Below are positions 37,254 to 46,823 of a DNA stretch of 64,000 nt, piece after piece (within the stretch, counting starts at the first letter, position 1; each line of letters starts with the position of its first letter). Under the pieces are notes generated by a model that worked only from the letters and a program-made list of their open reading frames with translations, ran no database searches and was not told the DNA's origin. The position numbers were made by a program, and so were the translations under genes. Origin of the DNA: an uncultured Acidobacteriota bacterium (GTDB lineage Bacteria; Acidobacteriota; Terriglobia; Bryobacterales; Bryobacteraceae). Where the stretch lies: assembly GCA_902826685.1 (NCBI GenBank), contig CADEFT010000012.1, positions 104,979 through 168,978 on the forward strand, written 5' to 3'.

Positions 37254-38468
37254 ATGAAACGACGGGAATTTCTGGCGCTGTTGAGCACGCAGGCCGTGGC
37301 CGCGCCGCAATACGATCTGCTGGTGCGCGGCGGACGGCTCATCGATCCGGCCCAGGGCATCTCGGCCGCTCGCGACATTGCCATCAGCGGTGGCAAGGTG
37401 GCGGCGATCGCCGAAACCATCGACTCCGCGACGTCGCGCACGGTGATGGATGCGCGCAACATGATCGTCACGCCGGGCCTGGTGGACGTGCATGTCCACG
37501 TTTATGACGGCGTGGCGCCGCTGGGGATTCCGGCCGATCCCACCTGTATCGCCAAGGGAGTCACAACGGTGCTTGACGCGGGCTCATCCGGCGCGCACAC
37601 CTTTCCCGGTCTGAAGAAGTACGTCATTCGCATGGTGGATACGCGGGTCTACGCGCTGCTGAACATCTCGCTGCTTGGGCAATCGACACTTTCGACCGAC
37701 AACCCGCACGGAGAACTGCTCGACCTGCGCTTCGTCAACGCCGCGATGGCCATCAAGACCATCGAGCAGAATCGCGACGTAATTCTGGGCTTGAAGATCC
37801 GGCTGACGGGCAACATCACCGGGCCGAACGATCTGAAGGCGCTGGCCATCGCCCGCGAGGCGGCCGACGCGGTGAAGCTGCCTTTGATGGTGCATATCGG
37901 CGGGTCCTATTCGCCGGTGCCGCAGATCGTGGGCATGCTCAAACGGGGCGACGTGATCACGCACAGCTTCCGTGGCGGACCGGGCGGCATCGTGGACGAC
38001 AGGTTTCGCGTACTGCCCGAAGTCCGGCGCGCGATGGAGCGCGGCGTCCAGCTCGATGTCGGCCACGGCGCGGGCAGCTTTTCCTTCGAGACGGCGGAGA
38101 AACTGATGGCGCAGGAAATCACGCCCGGTACGATTTCAAGCGACGTCCACCAGTTCAACGTGAATGGGCCGGTATTCGATCTGGCCACCACGCTCTCCAA
38201 GTTCCTTCATCTGAAGATGCCCATCGAGGAAGTGATCCGGCGGGCGACGGCAAATCCGGCCAGGGCGTTTGCCTTCCCGGCGGGGACGGGCTCTCTGAAA
38301 GTGGGGACGACGGCGGATCTTTCGGTGTTCGAGCTGCGCGAGGGGCGCTTTGAGTTCACCGATTCCTTACAGGGGCGGCGAACGGGAGACCGCAAGCTGT
38401 TTCCGGTAGCTACGGTGAAAGGCGGATCGATTTACGGGAGTTCCTGGCTGCCTGTGGTAACCGGCTGA
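37254..38468 (+). CDS. Amidohydrolase-superfamily metallohydrolase (dihydroorotase/deacetylase-like) with Tat-like signal
   Basis: Start at ATG 37254 (MKRREFLALLSTQAVAA). The upstream ORF extension overlaps the previous gene. Motifs PGLVDVHVHVYDG, GLKIRL, MVHIG, ITHSF and LDVGHG. Confidence 0.8.
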   Translation: MKRREFLALLSTQAVAAPQYDLLVRGGRLIDPAQGISAARDIAISGGKVAAIAETIDSATSRTVMDARNMIVTPGLVDVHVHVYDGVAPLGIPADPTCIAKGVTTVLDAGSSGAHTFPGLKKYVIRMVDTRVYALLNISLLGQSTLSTDNPHGELLDLRFVNAAMAIKTIEQNRDVILGLKIRLTGNITGPNDLKALAIAREAADAVKLPLMVHIGGSYSPVPQIVGMLKRGDVITHSFRGGPGGIVDDRFRVLPEVRRAMERGVQLDVGHGAGSFSFETAEKLMAQEITPGTISSDVHQFNVNGPVFDLATTLSKFLHLKMPIEEVIRRATANPARAFAFPAGTGSLKVGTTADLSVFELREGRFEFTDSLQGRRTGDRKLFPVATVKGGSIYGSSWLPVVTG

Positions 38469-38471
38469 GAC

Positions 38472-41309
38472 TCACGGGCGGAGGCGGCGCGACGCCTCTT
38501 CGGTGCGCGCCCGCAGCTTTTGATCCTCGGCGCGCAGCGCGCCCTTTTGGGCCAAGCCGTCGAAGACATCCATCGCCCGGCGATAGAATCCGGCCTGCTC
38601 GCCGGCGGCCGCCACCTCCGCCCGGCGAATCAAGGCCCACGCCAGGCCCCGTTGATTTTCAACGCTCCCGCCGTCGGCCTGGCACAGGCGTTCGAACAAT
38701 TGCAACGCCGACTGGCTGGAATCAAGGGCGGCCGCACGATCGCCCGCCAGCGACTGCATGTCGCTGATCTTGAGGCGCGCGACGCCGAGAGTATGCGCCG
38801 CAAAGCCGCTCAGGCCATCCTGCGCCGACCATTCCGCGGCCAGTTCCTCCAGCTTGCGGAAATTCTCCAGCGCTTCGGCGGAAGCGCCGGAAGCGGCCTG
38901 CAGGTTGCCGAGCCGTTCATATACCAGCGCCAGGTCGCGCCGCGCCAGCAGATTGGCCGGGTCCTGCCGCGCCAGCTTCCCGAAAATATCGAGCACGCGT
39001 TTGTAGCCTTCGGCCGCCGCGGCCTTCTGCCCGGCGCGCGCCAGCATGTCGGCGGCGCGCATTTCGATGAAGCCCAGATCGCGTTGCGCCAGGGCGTTGC
39101 GCGGATCGTTTCCGGCCAGTTCCCTTCGTATCGCCAGCGCCTTCTGATAGTGGCCGCCCGCCTCGGCCGTATTGCCGCGGTTGGCCTGCGCGCGGCCCAA
39201 GTCCTCATGCATCACCGAAAGGTCGCGCCGCGTCTGGGCGTTGGTGGGATCTTCGGTGGCCAGTTTTTCGAGAATGCCGAGACCTTTGGCGAAATTGTCG
39301 AGCGCCTGCGGCATGCTGCCCGCGCGGTCCAGAGCCTGGCCATTTGAACCGTAGGCCGCCGCCAAATTGCGCCGCGCCGTGGCGTTGGCTGGATCCTCGG
39401 CCAGCAGCGCTTCGGAAATTTTCAACGCCTTGCCGCTCAGCTCGACCGCCTGCGCCGTCTTGCCCGACGACGCCAGAATGTTCGCCGCGTTCTGATAGCT
39501 TTTCACCAGCAGGCTGCGGGCCGGGCGGCTGGATGGATTCTCCTGAACCAGCTTTTCGTGGATCTGAAGCGCGGCGGTGTAATGTTTCAGAGCCTCGGCG
39601 GTGGAACCGCTTGAAACCAGCAGATCGGCGATGGACTCGTAGCTGGCGGCCAGATCGCGGCGGATGCCGGCATCGAGCGGGTCGCGCTTCAACAGTTCCT
39701 CGCGCAGTTCGATGGCCTTCTGGTAATTCTTGAGCGCGCCGGCCGAGTCGCCGAGATTGGCCATGTTGGGATTGCCCTTCAGGTCGCCCACGCGCTGGTA
39801 GGCGGTGGCCAGTTCGCGCGCCAGGCCCGGATCGTCGGACACCTCGCGCGAAAGACTGTCGAGGTAGTCCATGGCCTTGCGCACCATGATTTCGCGGGCG
39901 GCGGTAGTGCCGGCAAGCGGCGCCATCGCGTCGTGCACCTCGAACAGGAACGAATTCGCCATCTTGCGAACTTCGTCGAAGCGCCGCTGCGCCTTGGCGC
40001 GTTCGAGCCTGGCGACGTGCGCCTCGCGCGTGGCGATGGTCAACCCGGCGATCAGCGCAATGAGAATCGAAAACGCCGCCGCCGTATAGGTCTTGTGCCG
40101 CGTGACGAATTTGCGCGCCAGGTAGACGGGCGTGTAGGGATGCGCGTTGACGGGCAGGTGGGCCAGGTGGCGGCGAATGTCTTCGGCGAACTCTTCGGCC
40201 GACGCATAGCGGTTGGCCGTATCGCGCGCCAGGGCGCGCAGCAGGATGGCATCGATGTCGCCGCGCAGCCGGCGCTTTAGGCTGTCGGCGGTGCCCTCGC
40301 GGGTGGAGGAAACGAGCTCGGGCGAGCGCGCCACGCGAATGGAGCCGTCGGTACGGGTTTCCTCCATCACCCGGTCGACCGACTCCGACGGCCGCACCGG
40401 ATCCTGCGTCGCCAGCATTTGCAGCAGCGCGGTGCGCGAACCGGCGGGAAACGGATGATGGCCGGTCAGCAGTTCATAAAGCACCACACCCAGTTGATAA
40501 ACGTCGGTGGAGGTGGTGATGGCCTCGCCCTTTACCTGCTCCGGGCTGGCGTACTCCGGGGTGAGCATGCGCATCGAAGTCGCGGTGCGGTCGAGCGGCT
40601 GCGTGTCGGTGTCGGCATTCACGATCTTGGCGATGCCGAAATCGAGCAGTTTCACGCCGCCGTCCTTTTTGACCAGGATGTTGCTCGGCTTCAGGTCGCG
40701 GTGGATGACCAGGTTCTGGTGCGCATGGCGCACGGCGGCGCAGACTTCGAGAAACAGCATCAGCCGCGCATCGATGTTCAGCTTATGCCGGTCGCAGTAG
40801 TCGTCGATGGGGACGCCTTCGACATACTCCATCACAAGGTAGGGATGGCCTTCGGGCGTGGTGCCGCCATCGAGCAGGGCGGCGATGTTGGCGTGATCGA
40901 GGTTGGCCAGAATCTGGCGCTCGGTCTTGAACCGCTCATGGACGGCGCGGTTTTCGCGGTCGCGGATCACCAGCTTGATCGCCACCTGCTTGCGGTATTG
41001 ATCGTCGGCGCGCGCGGCCAGATAGACGGCGCCCATGCCGCCGCGGCCGAGTTCGCGCACGATCTCGTAGTTGCCAACCTGTTTCGGCGCGGGGATCTCG
41101 GGCTCGAACAGTTTGCTGAGCGGATCGACGGGCGAATCGTCGAGGAACGTGCTTTCCGCCGTGTCGGAAACCAGCATCCGCTCCACTTCGGTGCGAATCT
41201 GCGGGTCGCCGGCGGCGGCGTTCAGGATGTAATCGGGCCGGTGCGCCTGAGGCAGTTCCAGCGCCTGCTGGAAGATTTGCTTTACCCGCTGGTATTGGTC
41301 AGCCGTCAT
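38472..41309 (-). CDS. Ser/Thr protein kinase with one TM helix and a long C-terminal TPR array
   Basis: 945 aa. Kinase motifs LGRGGMGAVY, VAIKLV, HRDLKPSNILV, DFGIAKI and TPEYASPEQ. TM helix AAAFSILIALIAGLTIA. Many TPR-like repeats follow. Confidence 0.9.
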   Translation of the reverse strand: MTADQYQRVKQIFQQALELPQAHRPDYILNAAAGDPQIRTEVERMLVSDTAESTFLDDSPVDPLSKLFEPEIPAPKQVGNYEIVRELGRGGMGAVYLAARADDQYRKQVAIKLVIRDRENRAVHERFKTERQILANLDHANIAALLDGGTTPEGHPYLVMEYVEGVPIDDYCDRHKLNIDARLMLFLEVCAAVRHAHQNLVIHRDLKPSNILVKKDGGVKLLDFGIAKIVNADTDTQPLDRTATSMRMLTPEYASPEQVKGEAITTSTDVYQLGVVLYELLTGHHPFPAGSRTALLQMLATQDPVRPSESVDRVMEETRTDGSIRVARSPELVSSTREGTADSLKRRLRGDIDAILLRALARDTANRYASAEEFAEDIRRHLAHLPVNAHPYTPVYLARKFVTRHKTYTAAAFSILIALIAGLTIATREAHVARLERAKAQRRFDEVRKMANSFLFEVHDAMAPLAGTTAAREIMVRKAMDYLDSLSREVSDDPGLARELATAYQRVGDLKGNPNMANLGDSAGALKNYQKAIELREELLKRDPLDAGIRRDLAASYESIADLLVSSGSTAEALKHYTAALQIHEKLVQENPSSRPARSLLVKSYQNAANILASSGKTAQAVELSGKALKISEALLAEDPANATARRNLAAAYGSNGQALDRAGSMPQALDNFAKGLGILEKLATEDPTNAQTRRDLSVMHEDLGRAQANRGNTAEAGGHYQKALAIRRELAGNDPRNALAQRDLGFIEMRAADMLARAGQKAAAAEGYKRVLDIFGKLARQDPANLLARRDLALVYERLGNLQAASGASAEALENFRKLEELAAEWSAQDGLSGFAAHTLGVARLKISDMQSLAGDRAAALDSSQSALQLFERLCQADGGSVENQRGLAWALIRRAEVAAAGEQAGFYRRAMDVFDGLAQKGALRAEDQKLRARTEEASRRLRP

Positions 41310-41351
41310 GCCCGGAAGCCGCGCGACCTACCAGTGTACCCTTGACGCGGG

Positions 41352-41765
41352 CTATGCCAGTTGGCTGCCGGAAAAGAACCAGCCCAGCTCGAACGCGGCG
41401 GTTTCGGGCGCATCGGACCCATGGGTGGCGTTGCGCTCGATGTTGGCGCCGAACTTCTTGCGGATGGTGCCTTCGGCGGCCTTTTCGGGATTGGTGGCGC
41501 CCATGAGGTCGCGCCAGGCTTGAATGGCGTTTTCGCGTTCCAGCGCCAGAACCACGACGGGCCCTTCGGTCATGAAAGCGACCAGGCCGCCGAAGAACGG
41601 CCGCTCCTTATGCACGGCGTAGAAGCCTTCGGCCTGCGCCTTGCTGAGCCGTGTCAGGCGCATGGCCTTGATCTTGAATCCGGCCTTTTCGATCTCGGCG
41701 AGGATAGCGCCCGTGTAGCCCGAGGCAACCGCATCCGGTTTGATGATGGCGAATGTTTTCTGCAT
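41352..41765 (-). CDS. ndk: Nucleoside diphosphate kinase
   Basis: 137 aa. Motifs [21 protein letters not shown] and the active-site segment NATHGSD. Confidence 0.95.
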   Translation of the reverse strand: MQKTFAIIKPDAVASGYTGAILAEIEKAGFKIKAMRLTRLSKAQAEGFYAVHKERPFFGGLVAFMTEGPVVVLALERENAIQAWRDLMGATNPEKAAEGTIRKKFGANIERNATHGSDAPETAAFELGWFFSGSQLA

Positions 41766-41778
41766 CGAATGAAACTCT

Positions 41779-42645
41779 TCAAATCCTTTTCTTGACGGAG
41801 TCGCCCAGGTCGGCGGGCGACTCGCAGACGGTGATGCCGGCGTCGCGCATGGCGTCCATCTTGTCGGATGCTTTGCCGGAGCCGCCGGAAATAATCGCGC
41901 CCGCGTGGCCCATGCGCCGTCCCGGAGGCGCCGTCTGTCCGGCGATGAAGCCGATGACCGGCTTCTTCACGTTGGCCTTTACGAAGGCCGCCGCCTTCTC
42001 TTCCGCGTCGCCGCCGATTTCGCCGATCATGACGATGGCGTGCGTATCGGGGTCGTCATTGAACAGCCGCAGCGCATCGGTGTGAGTGGTGCCGATGATC
42101 GGATCGCCGCCGATACCGATACAGGTCGATTGGCCCAGACCGAGCTTGGTCAACTGGCCCACCGCTTCATAAGTCAACGTGCCGGAGCGCGAAACGACGC
42201 CCACCGCACCGGCCATGTGAATATGACCCGGCATGATGCCGATCTTGCAGGCGCCGGGCGTGATCACACCGGGGCAATTGGGACCCACCAGGCGCGTCGG
42301 CTTCCCCTGAAGGAACGACCACGCGCGCACCATGTCGAGCGCGGGGATGCCTTCGGTGATGCAAACCACCAGTTCGATGCCCGCGTCGGCCGCTTCCATG
42401 ATGGCTTCGGCGGCGAAAGGCGGAGGAACGAAGATCACCGAGGCGTTGGCACCCGTCGTCTTCACCGCCTGCGCCACGGTGTCGAACACCGGCCGGTCGA
42501 GATGCGTGGTGCCGCCCTTGCCCGGCGTCACGCCGCCCACCACATTGGTTCCGTAGGCGATCGATTGCGTGGCGTGGAAGGTGCCTTCCTTGCCCGTGAA
42601 GCCCTGCACCAGCAGGCGCGTATTCTTTCCAACCAGTACGCTCAT
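41779..42645 (-). CDS. sucD: Succinyl-CoA synthetase alpha subunit
   Basis: 288 aa. Motifs [22 protein letters not shown] and the phosphohistidine loop MGHAGAI. 4-nt overlap with sucC. Confidence 0.95.
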   Translation of the reverse strand: MSVLVGKNTRLLVQGFTGKEGTFHATQSIAYGTNVVGGVTPGKGGTTHLDRPVFDTVAQAVKTTGANASVIFVPPPFAAEAIMEAADAGIELVVCITEGIPALDMVRAWSFLQGKPTRLVGPNCPGVITPGACKIGIMPGHIHMAGAVGVVSRSGTLTYEAVGQLTKLGLGQSTCIGIGGDPIIGTTHTDALRLFNDDPDTHAIVMIGEIGGDAEEKAAAFVKANVKKPVIGFIAGQTAPPGRRMGHAGAIISGGSGKASDKMDAMRDAGITVCESPADLGDSVKKRI

Positions 42646-43799
42646 TGCGCCAACCTCACCACTTTTTCGGCCGCGTCTTTCATGCCGTCGGCGACCGTGA
42701 AATTGAATCCGGATTCGGCCAGAATCTGGCGGCCCTGCTCGACGTTGGTGCCTTCCATGCGGATGACGATGGGCACCTTGACGTTGAGTTCGCGCGCGGC
42801 GTTGACGACGCCCGTGGCTAAAGTGTCACATCGCAAAATACCGCCGAAGATATTGATCAGCACCGCTTTCACCGCCGAATCGGCCAGCAGGATGCGGAAG
42901 GCGTTCTTGATCTGCTCGGCGTTGGCGCCGCCGCCGACATCGAGGAAGTTGGCGGGCGATCCGCCGGCATATTTGATGATGTCCATGGTGCCCATGGCGA
43001 GTCCGGCGCCGTTCACCATGCAGGCGATGTTGCCATCCAGCTTGATGTAGTTGAGGCTGAATTTCGAAGCTTCCACTTCGAGCGGGTCTTCCTCGTTCAG
43101 ATCGCGCAGCTCGATCAGTTCCTTGTGACGGAACAGCGCGTTGTCGTCGAGGGTGATCTTGGCGTCGAGCGCGACCACTTTGCCGTCCTTGGTGAGGATC
43201 ATGGGGTTGATCTCGGCAAGCGACGCATCGATGGCGTCATAGGCCTTCGACAGCGCCATCATCATCTGCGCCGCGGCGTTCACCGAAGCGGCCGGGATGC
43301 CCATGCCGAAAGCCAGCTTGCGCGCCTGGAAAGCCATAAGGCCGGCGCCTGGGGTGATGGGCTCCTTCAGGATCAGCTCGGGCGTCTTGGCGGCGACTTC
43401 CTCGATGTCCATGCCGCCCGCCGCCGACGCCATGAACACGCATTTGCCGATGGCGCGGTCGAGCACGATGCCCAGGTAAAGTTCGCGCTCGATGGGCAGC
43501 GTCTCTTCCACCAGCAGGCTCTTCACCACGCGGCCTTCGGGTCCGGTCTGGTGCGTGATGAGGGTCATGCCCAGAATTTTCGAAGCCACTTCCACCGCCT
43601 GCGCGGTATCCTTGGCGACCTTGACGCCGCCGCCCTTGCCACGGCCGCCGGCGTGGATCTGCGCCTTCACCACGACGCTGCCGCCCAGTTCCTTGGCCGC
43701 CGCTTCGGCTTCGGCGACCGAGAAAGCGGCCTTGCCGCGCGGCACGGGGACGCCATATTTGGCCAAGAGCGCCTTGGCCTGATACTCATGAATTTTCAT
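42642..43799 (-). CDS. sucC: Succinyl-CoA synthetase beta subunit
   Basis: 385 aa. Motifs [20 protein letters not shown] and [18 protein letters not shown] (ATP-grasp), and the CoA-ligase C-terminal domain. Confidence 0.95.
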   Translation of the reverse strand: MKIHEYQAKALLAKYGVPVPRGKAAFSVAEAEAAAKELGGSVVVKAQIHAGGRGKGGGVKVAKDTAQAVEVASKILGMTLITHQTGPEGRVVKSLLVEETLPIERELYLGIVLDRAIGKCVFMASAAGGMDIEEVAAKTPELILKEPITPGAGLMAFQARKLAFGMGIPAASVNAAAQMMMALSKAYDAIDASLAEINPMILTKDGKVVALDAKITLDDNALFRHKELIELRDLNEEDPLEVEASKFSLNYIKLDGNIACMVNGAGLAMGTMDIIKYAGGSPANFLDVGGGANAEQIKNAFRILLADSAVKAVLINIFGGILRCDTLATGVVNAARELNVKVPIVIRMEGTNVEQGRQILAESGFNFTVADGMKDAAEKVVRLAQ

Positions 43800-43852
43800 C
43801 GGATTTTAGCCTGTTTAGTATTCTGAAAGCAGACAGGATCTTTCATTATAAC

Positions 43853-44872
43853 ATGGCCTTCCTGAGTTTCTTCCACCGTGTGGCCGATCGAGTGGACCTC
43901 ACCGCCCAAGAGGCGCGCGAGGCGATGAGCGCCATTCTTGAAGGACAGGTCACGGTGCCGCAGATCGCGGCGTTTCTGGTGGCGCTGCGCATGAAGGGCG
44001 AGACCGAAGACGAGATTCTGGGCTTCGCCACGGCCATGCGGGAAAAGGCCGTTCGGGTGGAGGCGGGCCTTCCGCCGGGAGCGCCTCTGCTCGATACCTG
44101 TGGCACCGGCGGCGACGGCGGCGGCACTTTCAATATCTCCACCGTGGCGGCGTTCGTCGCGGCGGGCGCGGGCGTGCATGTAGCCAAACACGGCAACCGG
44201 TCGCTGGCTAGCCAGTGCGGTTCGGCGGATGTGCTGGAGGAACTCGGCGTGAACATCGCCATGCCGCCCGATCTGGCGGGCCGCGCCATCCGCGAAGCGG
44301 GCATCGGGTTCCTATTCGCGCCCGCCATCCACCCGGCCATGAAGTACGCCCAGCCGGCGCGCGCCGAATTGAAAATGCGCACGGCGTTTAATCTGCTGGG
44401 TCCGTTATCCAATCCGGCGGGCGCGACGGCGCAGTTGATCGGCGCTCCCTCGATTCGCGCCGCCGAACTGATGGCGTCGGCCGCCGCACGCCTCGGCGTC
44501 AGGCGCGCCTTCGTCGTGCACGGCTCCGACGGATTGGACGAAATCACCACCACCGGCGAGACGCACGCCTGGGAGGTATCGGATGGCGCGGTGCGGCCGG
44601 CGGCGCTCACGCCCGAACAGTTCGGCGTCGCGCGCTCCACTCCCGGAAGACTGCAAGGGGGAACGCGCCACCGCAACGCGGCCATCGCGCGGGAAATCCT
44701 GAACGGCGCCCCGGGCCCCCCGCGCGATATCGTTGTCGTCAACGCCGGGGCCGCGCTCGTCGCCGCCGGCGCCGCCGGGAGCTTCCTGGAAGGCGCATCC
44801 CTGGCCGCCCGGTCGATCGATTCCGGGGCGGCGTGGGCGGCCGTCGGCAAGCTCGCCGCCATACAGCCGTAA
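43853..44872 (+). CDS. trpD: Anthranilate phosphoribosyltransferase
   Basis: 339 aa. Motifs LDTCGTGGDGGGTFNIST, KHGNRS and AFNLLGPLSNPA. No other trp genes lie next to it. Confidence 0.9.
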   Translation: MAFLSFFHRVADRVDLTAQEAREAMSAILEGQVTVPQIAAFLVALRMKGETEDEILGFATAMREKAVRVEAGLPPGAPLLDTCGTGGDGGGTFNISTVAAFVAAGAGVHVAKHGNRSLASQCGSADVLEELGVNIAMPPDLAGRAIREAGIGFLFAPAIHPAMKYAQPARAELKMRTAFNLLGPLSNPAGATAQLIGAPSIRAAELMASAAARLGVRRAFVVHGSDGLDEITTTGETHAWEVSDGAVRPAALTPEQFGVARSTPGRLQGGTRHRNAAIAREILNGAPGPPRDIVVVNAGAALVAAGAAGSFLEGASLAARSIDSGAAWAAVGKLAAIQP

Positions 44873-44938
44873 ACCAACCGTGGTTGCGCTAAACTTCACC
44901 GTACGGCTGCCGATCTAGCTGAGGTGGAAGTAGAATCG

Positions 44939-46093
44939 ATGTCGATTCCTGAAGATGCCGGGTACGGTTCCCCCGGCGGCGCAAACGAGGACTTTGCAGT
45001 CCTCAAGGGCCGGTTTCTGGCGGTCCTCAATCACGAAATCCGGACGCCGCTCAGCGGCATCATGGGCATGACCGATCTGCTTCTCGAGACGGCACTCGAC
45101 GACGAGCAGCGCGAGTACGTGACGGCCGCCCGCTCCTGCGCCGAGACGTTGTTTGACGTGTTGAACGCCACGCTGGACTATTCGGCGCTCACCACCGGAC
45201 GCGTCGCGCTCGAACAGGGCGAGTTTCACCTGGTGGAAGTCATCACCGCAGCGCTCGCCGAGCACAAGTTTCAGGCCGAATCGAAAGGGCTCGACCTGCG
45301 GTGGCGGTTTGAGGGCCGCGTGCCGGAGACGATTGTCGGCGATGCGTTGCGGCTGCGGCAGGTTCTTTCCCACCTGGTGTCAAACGCCGTGAAGTTCACC
45401 AACGCGGGCGAGGTAGAGCTAGTGGCCGCCGTCGTATCGCGCCAGCCTCTATCGGCATGTCTGGAGTTCCGTGTGCGCGATACCGGCATCGGCATTCCAC
45501 CGTCGCAGCTGGACCACATCTTCGACTCTTTCCGCCAGGTGGATAGCGGCCTGGCGCGGCGCTACAACGGGCTGGGATTGGGCCTGGCGCTGGCCGAGAA
45601 GCTCACCCATCTGATGGGCGGCCAGATTCGCGCCGAAAGTACCCCGGGCGAGGGAACGATCTTTTTCACCCGCATCGAGTTTCCGCTGCCGGAAGATGCC
45701 GGCGAGACGGCATCGGCGGCCGCCGCGGCGGGCAAGCGCATCCTGCTGGTGGAAGACAACGAAGTGGCGCAGCGCATTTTCACGCACATCCTGCGGCGGG
45801 GGAATTATGCGGTGGATTGCGCCGCCAGCGGCGATTCGGCCCTGGAATCGGCGGTGCACAACGAATACGACCTGGTGCTGATGGATCTGCAGATGCCGGG
45901 CCTGGACGGTATCGAGACGACGAAAGCGCTGCGCGGGATGCCGCGTTACCGGAAGACGCCCATCGTGGCGCTGACCGCCAATTCCGCCGACGAGCACCGG
46001 CGGATGTGTCTGGAAGTCGGAATGCAAGGCTTCCTGCTCAAGCCCGTGCCGTCGGACGAGTTGCTGGCCACGGTCGCGCGCTGTTTGAGTTGA
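44939..46093 (+). CDS. Hybrid sensor histidine kinase/response regulator lacking a recognisable input domain
   Basis: ATG 44939 is preferred (GAGGTGGA about 10 nt upstream) over GTG 44924. H-box LNHEIRTPL, N-box SNAVKFT, G1 DTGIGI, G2 GLGLGL. The REC domain has LMDLQMPGLDG and LLKP. Only about 25 residues precede the DHp domain. Confidence 0.85.
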   Translation: MSIPEDAGYGSPGGANEDFAVLKGRFLAVLNHEIRTPLSGIMGMTDLLLETALDDEQREYVTAARSCAETLFDVLNATLDYSALTTGRVALEQGEFHLVEVITAALAEHKFQAESKGLDLRWRFEGRVPETIVGDALRLRQVLSHLVSNAVKFTNAGEVELVAAVVSRQPLSACLEFRVRDTGIGIPPSQLDHIFDSFRQVDSGLARRYNGLGLGLALAEKLTHLMGGQIRAESTPGEGTIFFTRIEFPLPEDAGETASAAAAAGKRILLVEDNEVAQRIFTHILRRGNYAVDCAASGDSALESAVHNEYDLVLMDLQMPGLDGIETTKALRGMPRYRKTPIVALTANSADEHRRMCLEVGMQGFLLKPVPSDELLATVARCLS

Positions 46094-46166
46094 ACCGGGC
46101 TGGAAAGCGCCGCCCGGCGCCCTCCAGCCCGATACCCGGCTTATCGATGCCGGTCTGCTACCCGAA

Positions 46167-46727
46167 CTAGAGGCCGGAACACTGATCTTCTTTGTTTCCG
46201 GCCCTGTTGCCGCCACCGGCCGGAGCCGGCGTATTCTCCTTGCACTGCATGTTCTGCCGGATCGTGTTGCTGGTGATGCTTGCGCCACCGGTGTTCTTGA
46301 ACAACTGGAAGTCGCTTCCGATGAACGCGCCGTTCGCAAAGAGGTGACCGGAGTTCTCCACATACTGGAAACTGCCGTGAATGGTCGTGCCCCGCTGGAT
46401 GGCGCTGGCCTGATAGTTGTATTTGATCTGGACGTTGCCTCCCACCGTTACGCTGGGACCGACGATGCGCACGTAGGCGCCGCCGTCTTCGCTCTGAACG
46501 TTGCCGTTGATGAACGTACGGCCTGAGATCGTCAGCCCGCCGCTCCGTTGCACATAGACGCTGCCGTTCAGCCGCGCGTCGCGAAGATCGCAGGTCGCCC
46601 CCTGCGGGACAACCACGTTGTCATGCGATCCGGTAAGGGTTCCCGTGCAGCGGGTCTCCTCGGCGAAAAGACCCACCGGTAGCGCCAAAATCGCGGCGAC
46701 AGTGAAAGCTGCCATATTTCGAGTCAT
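46167..46727 (-). CDS. Secreted beta-solenoid-like repeat protein (hypothetical)
   Basis: Start at MTRNMAAF (46727), preceded by AGGAGA. Signal peptide AAILALPVGLFA. About six repeats of 18-21 residues carry G-[NS]-[VF]-Q-like cores (NGSVYVQ, NGNVQSE, GGNVQIK, HGSFQYV, GSDFQLF, RQNMQCK). One Cys pair caps each end. Confidence 0.6.
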   Translation of the reverse strand: MTRNMAAFTVAAILALPVGLFAEETRCTGTLTGSHDNVVVPQGATCDLRDARLNGSVYVQRSGGLTISGRTFINGNVQSEDGGAYVRIVGPSVTVGGNVQIKYNYQASAIQRGTTIHGSFQYVENSGHLFANGAFIGSDFQLFKNTGGASITSNTIRQNMQCKENTPAPAGGGNRAGNKEDQCSGL

Positions 46728-46823
46728 GCTTTTTTCTCCTATTCCGAAGCCTTGCTGAATGCCCGGCCTCACTCGAATGGGGTTAGGAGCATGCCCGCGA
46801 AATATAGCCAGCGCCTTCCATCG

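Noticed and set aside
43800-43852. Possible trp attenuator, leader peptide or T-box upstream of trpD
   Set aside because: Only 53 nt separate sucC and trpD. There is no Trp-codon leader ORF and no room for alternative hairpins.
43846-44877. 343-aa minus-strand ORF opposite trpD
   Set aside because: trpD motifs (GTGGDG, KHGNRS) define the plus frame, and the antisense product is low complexity.
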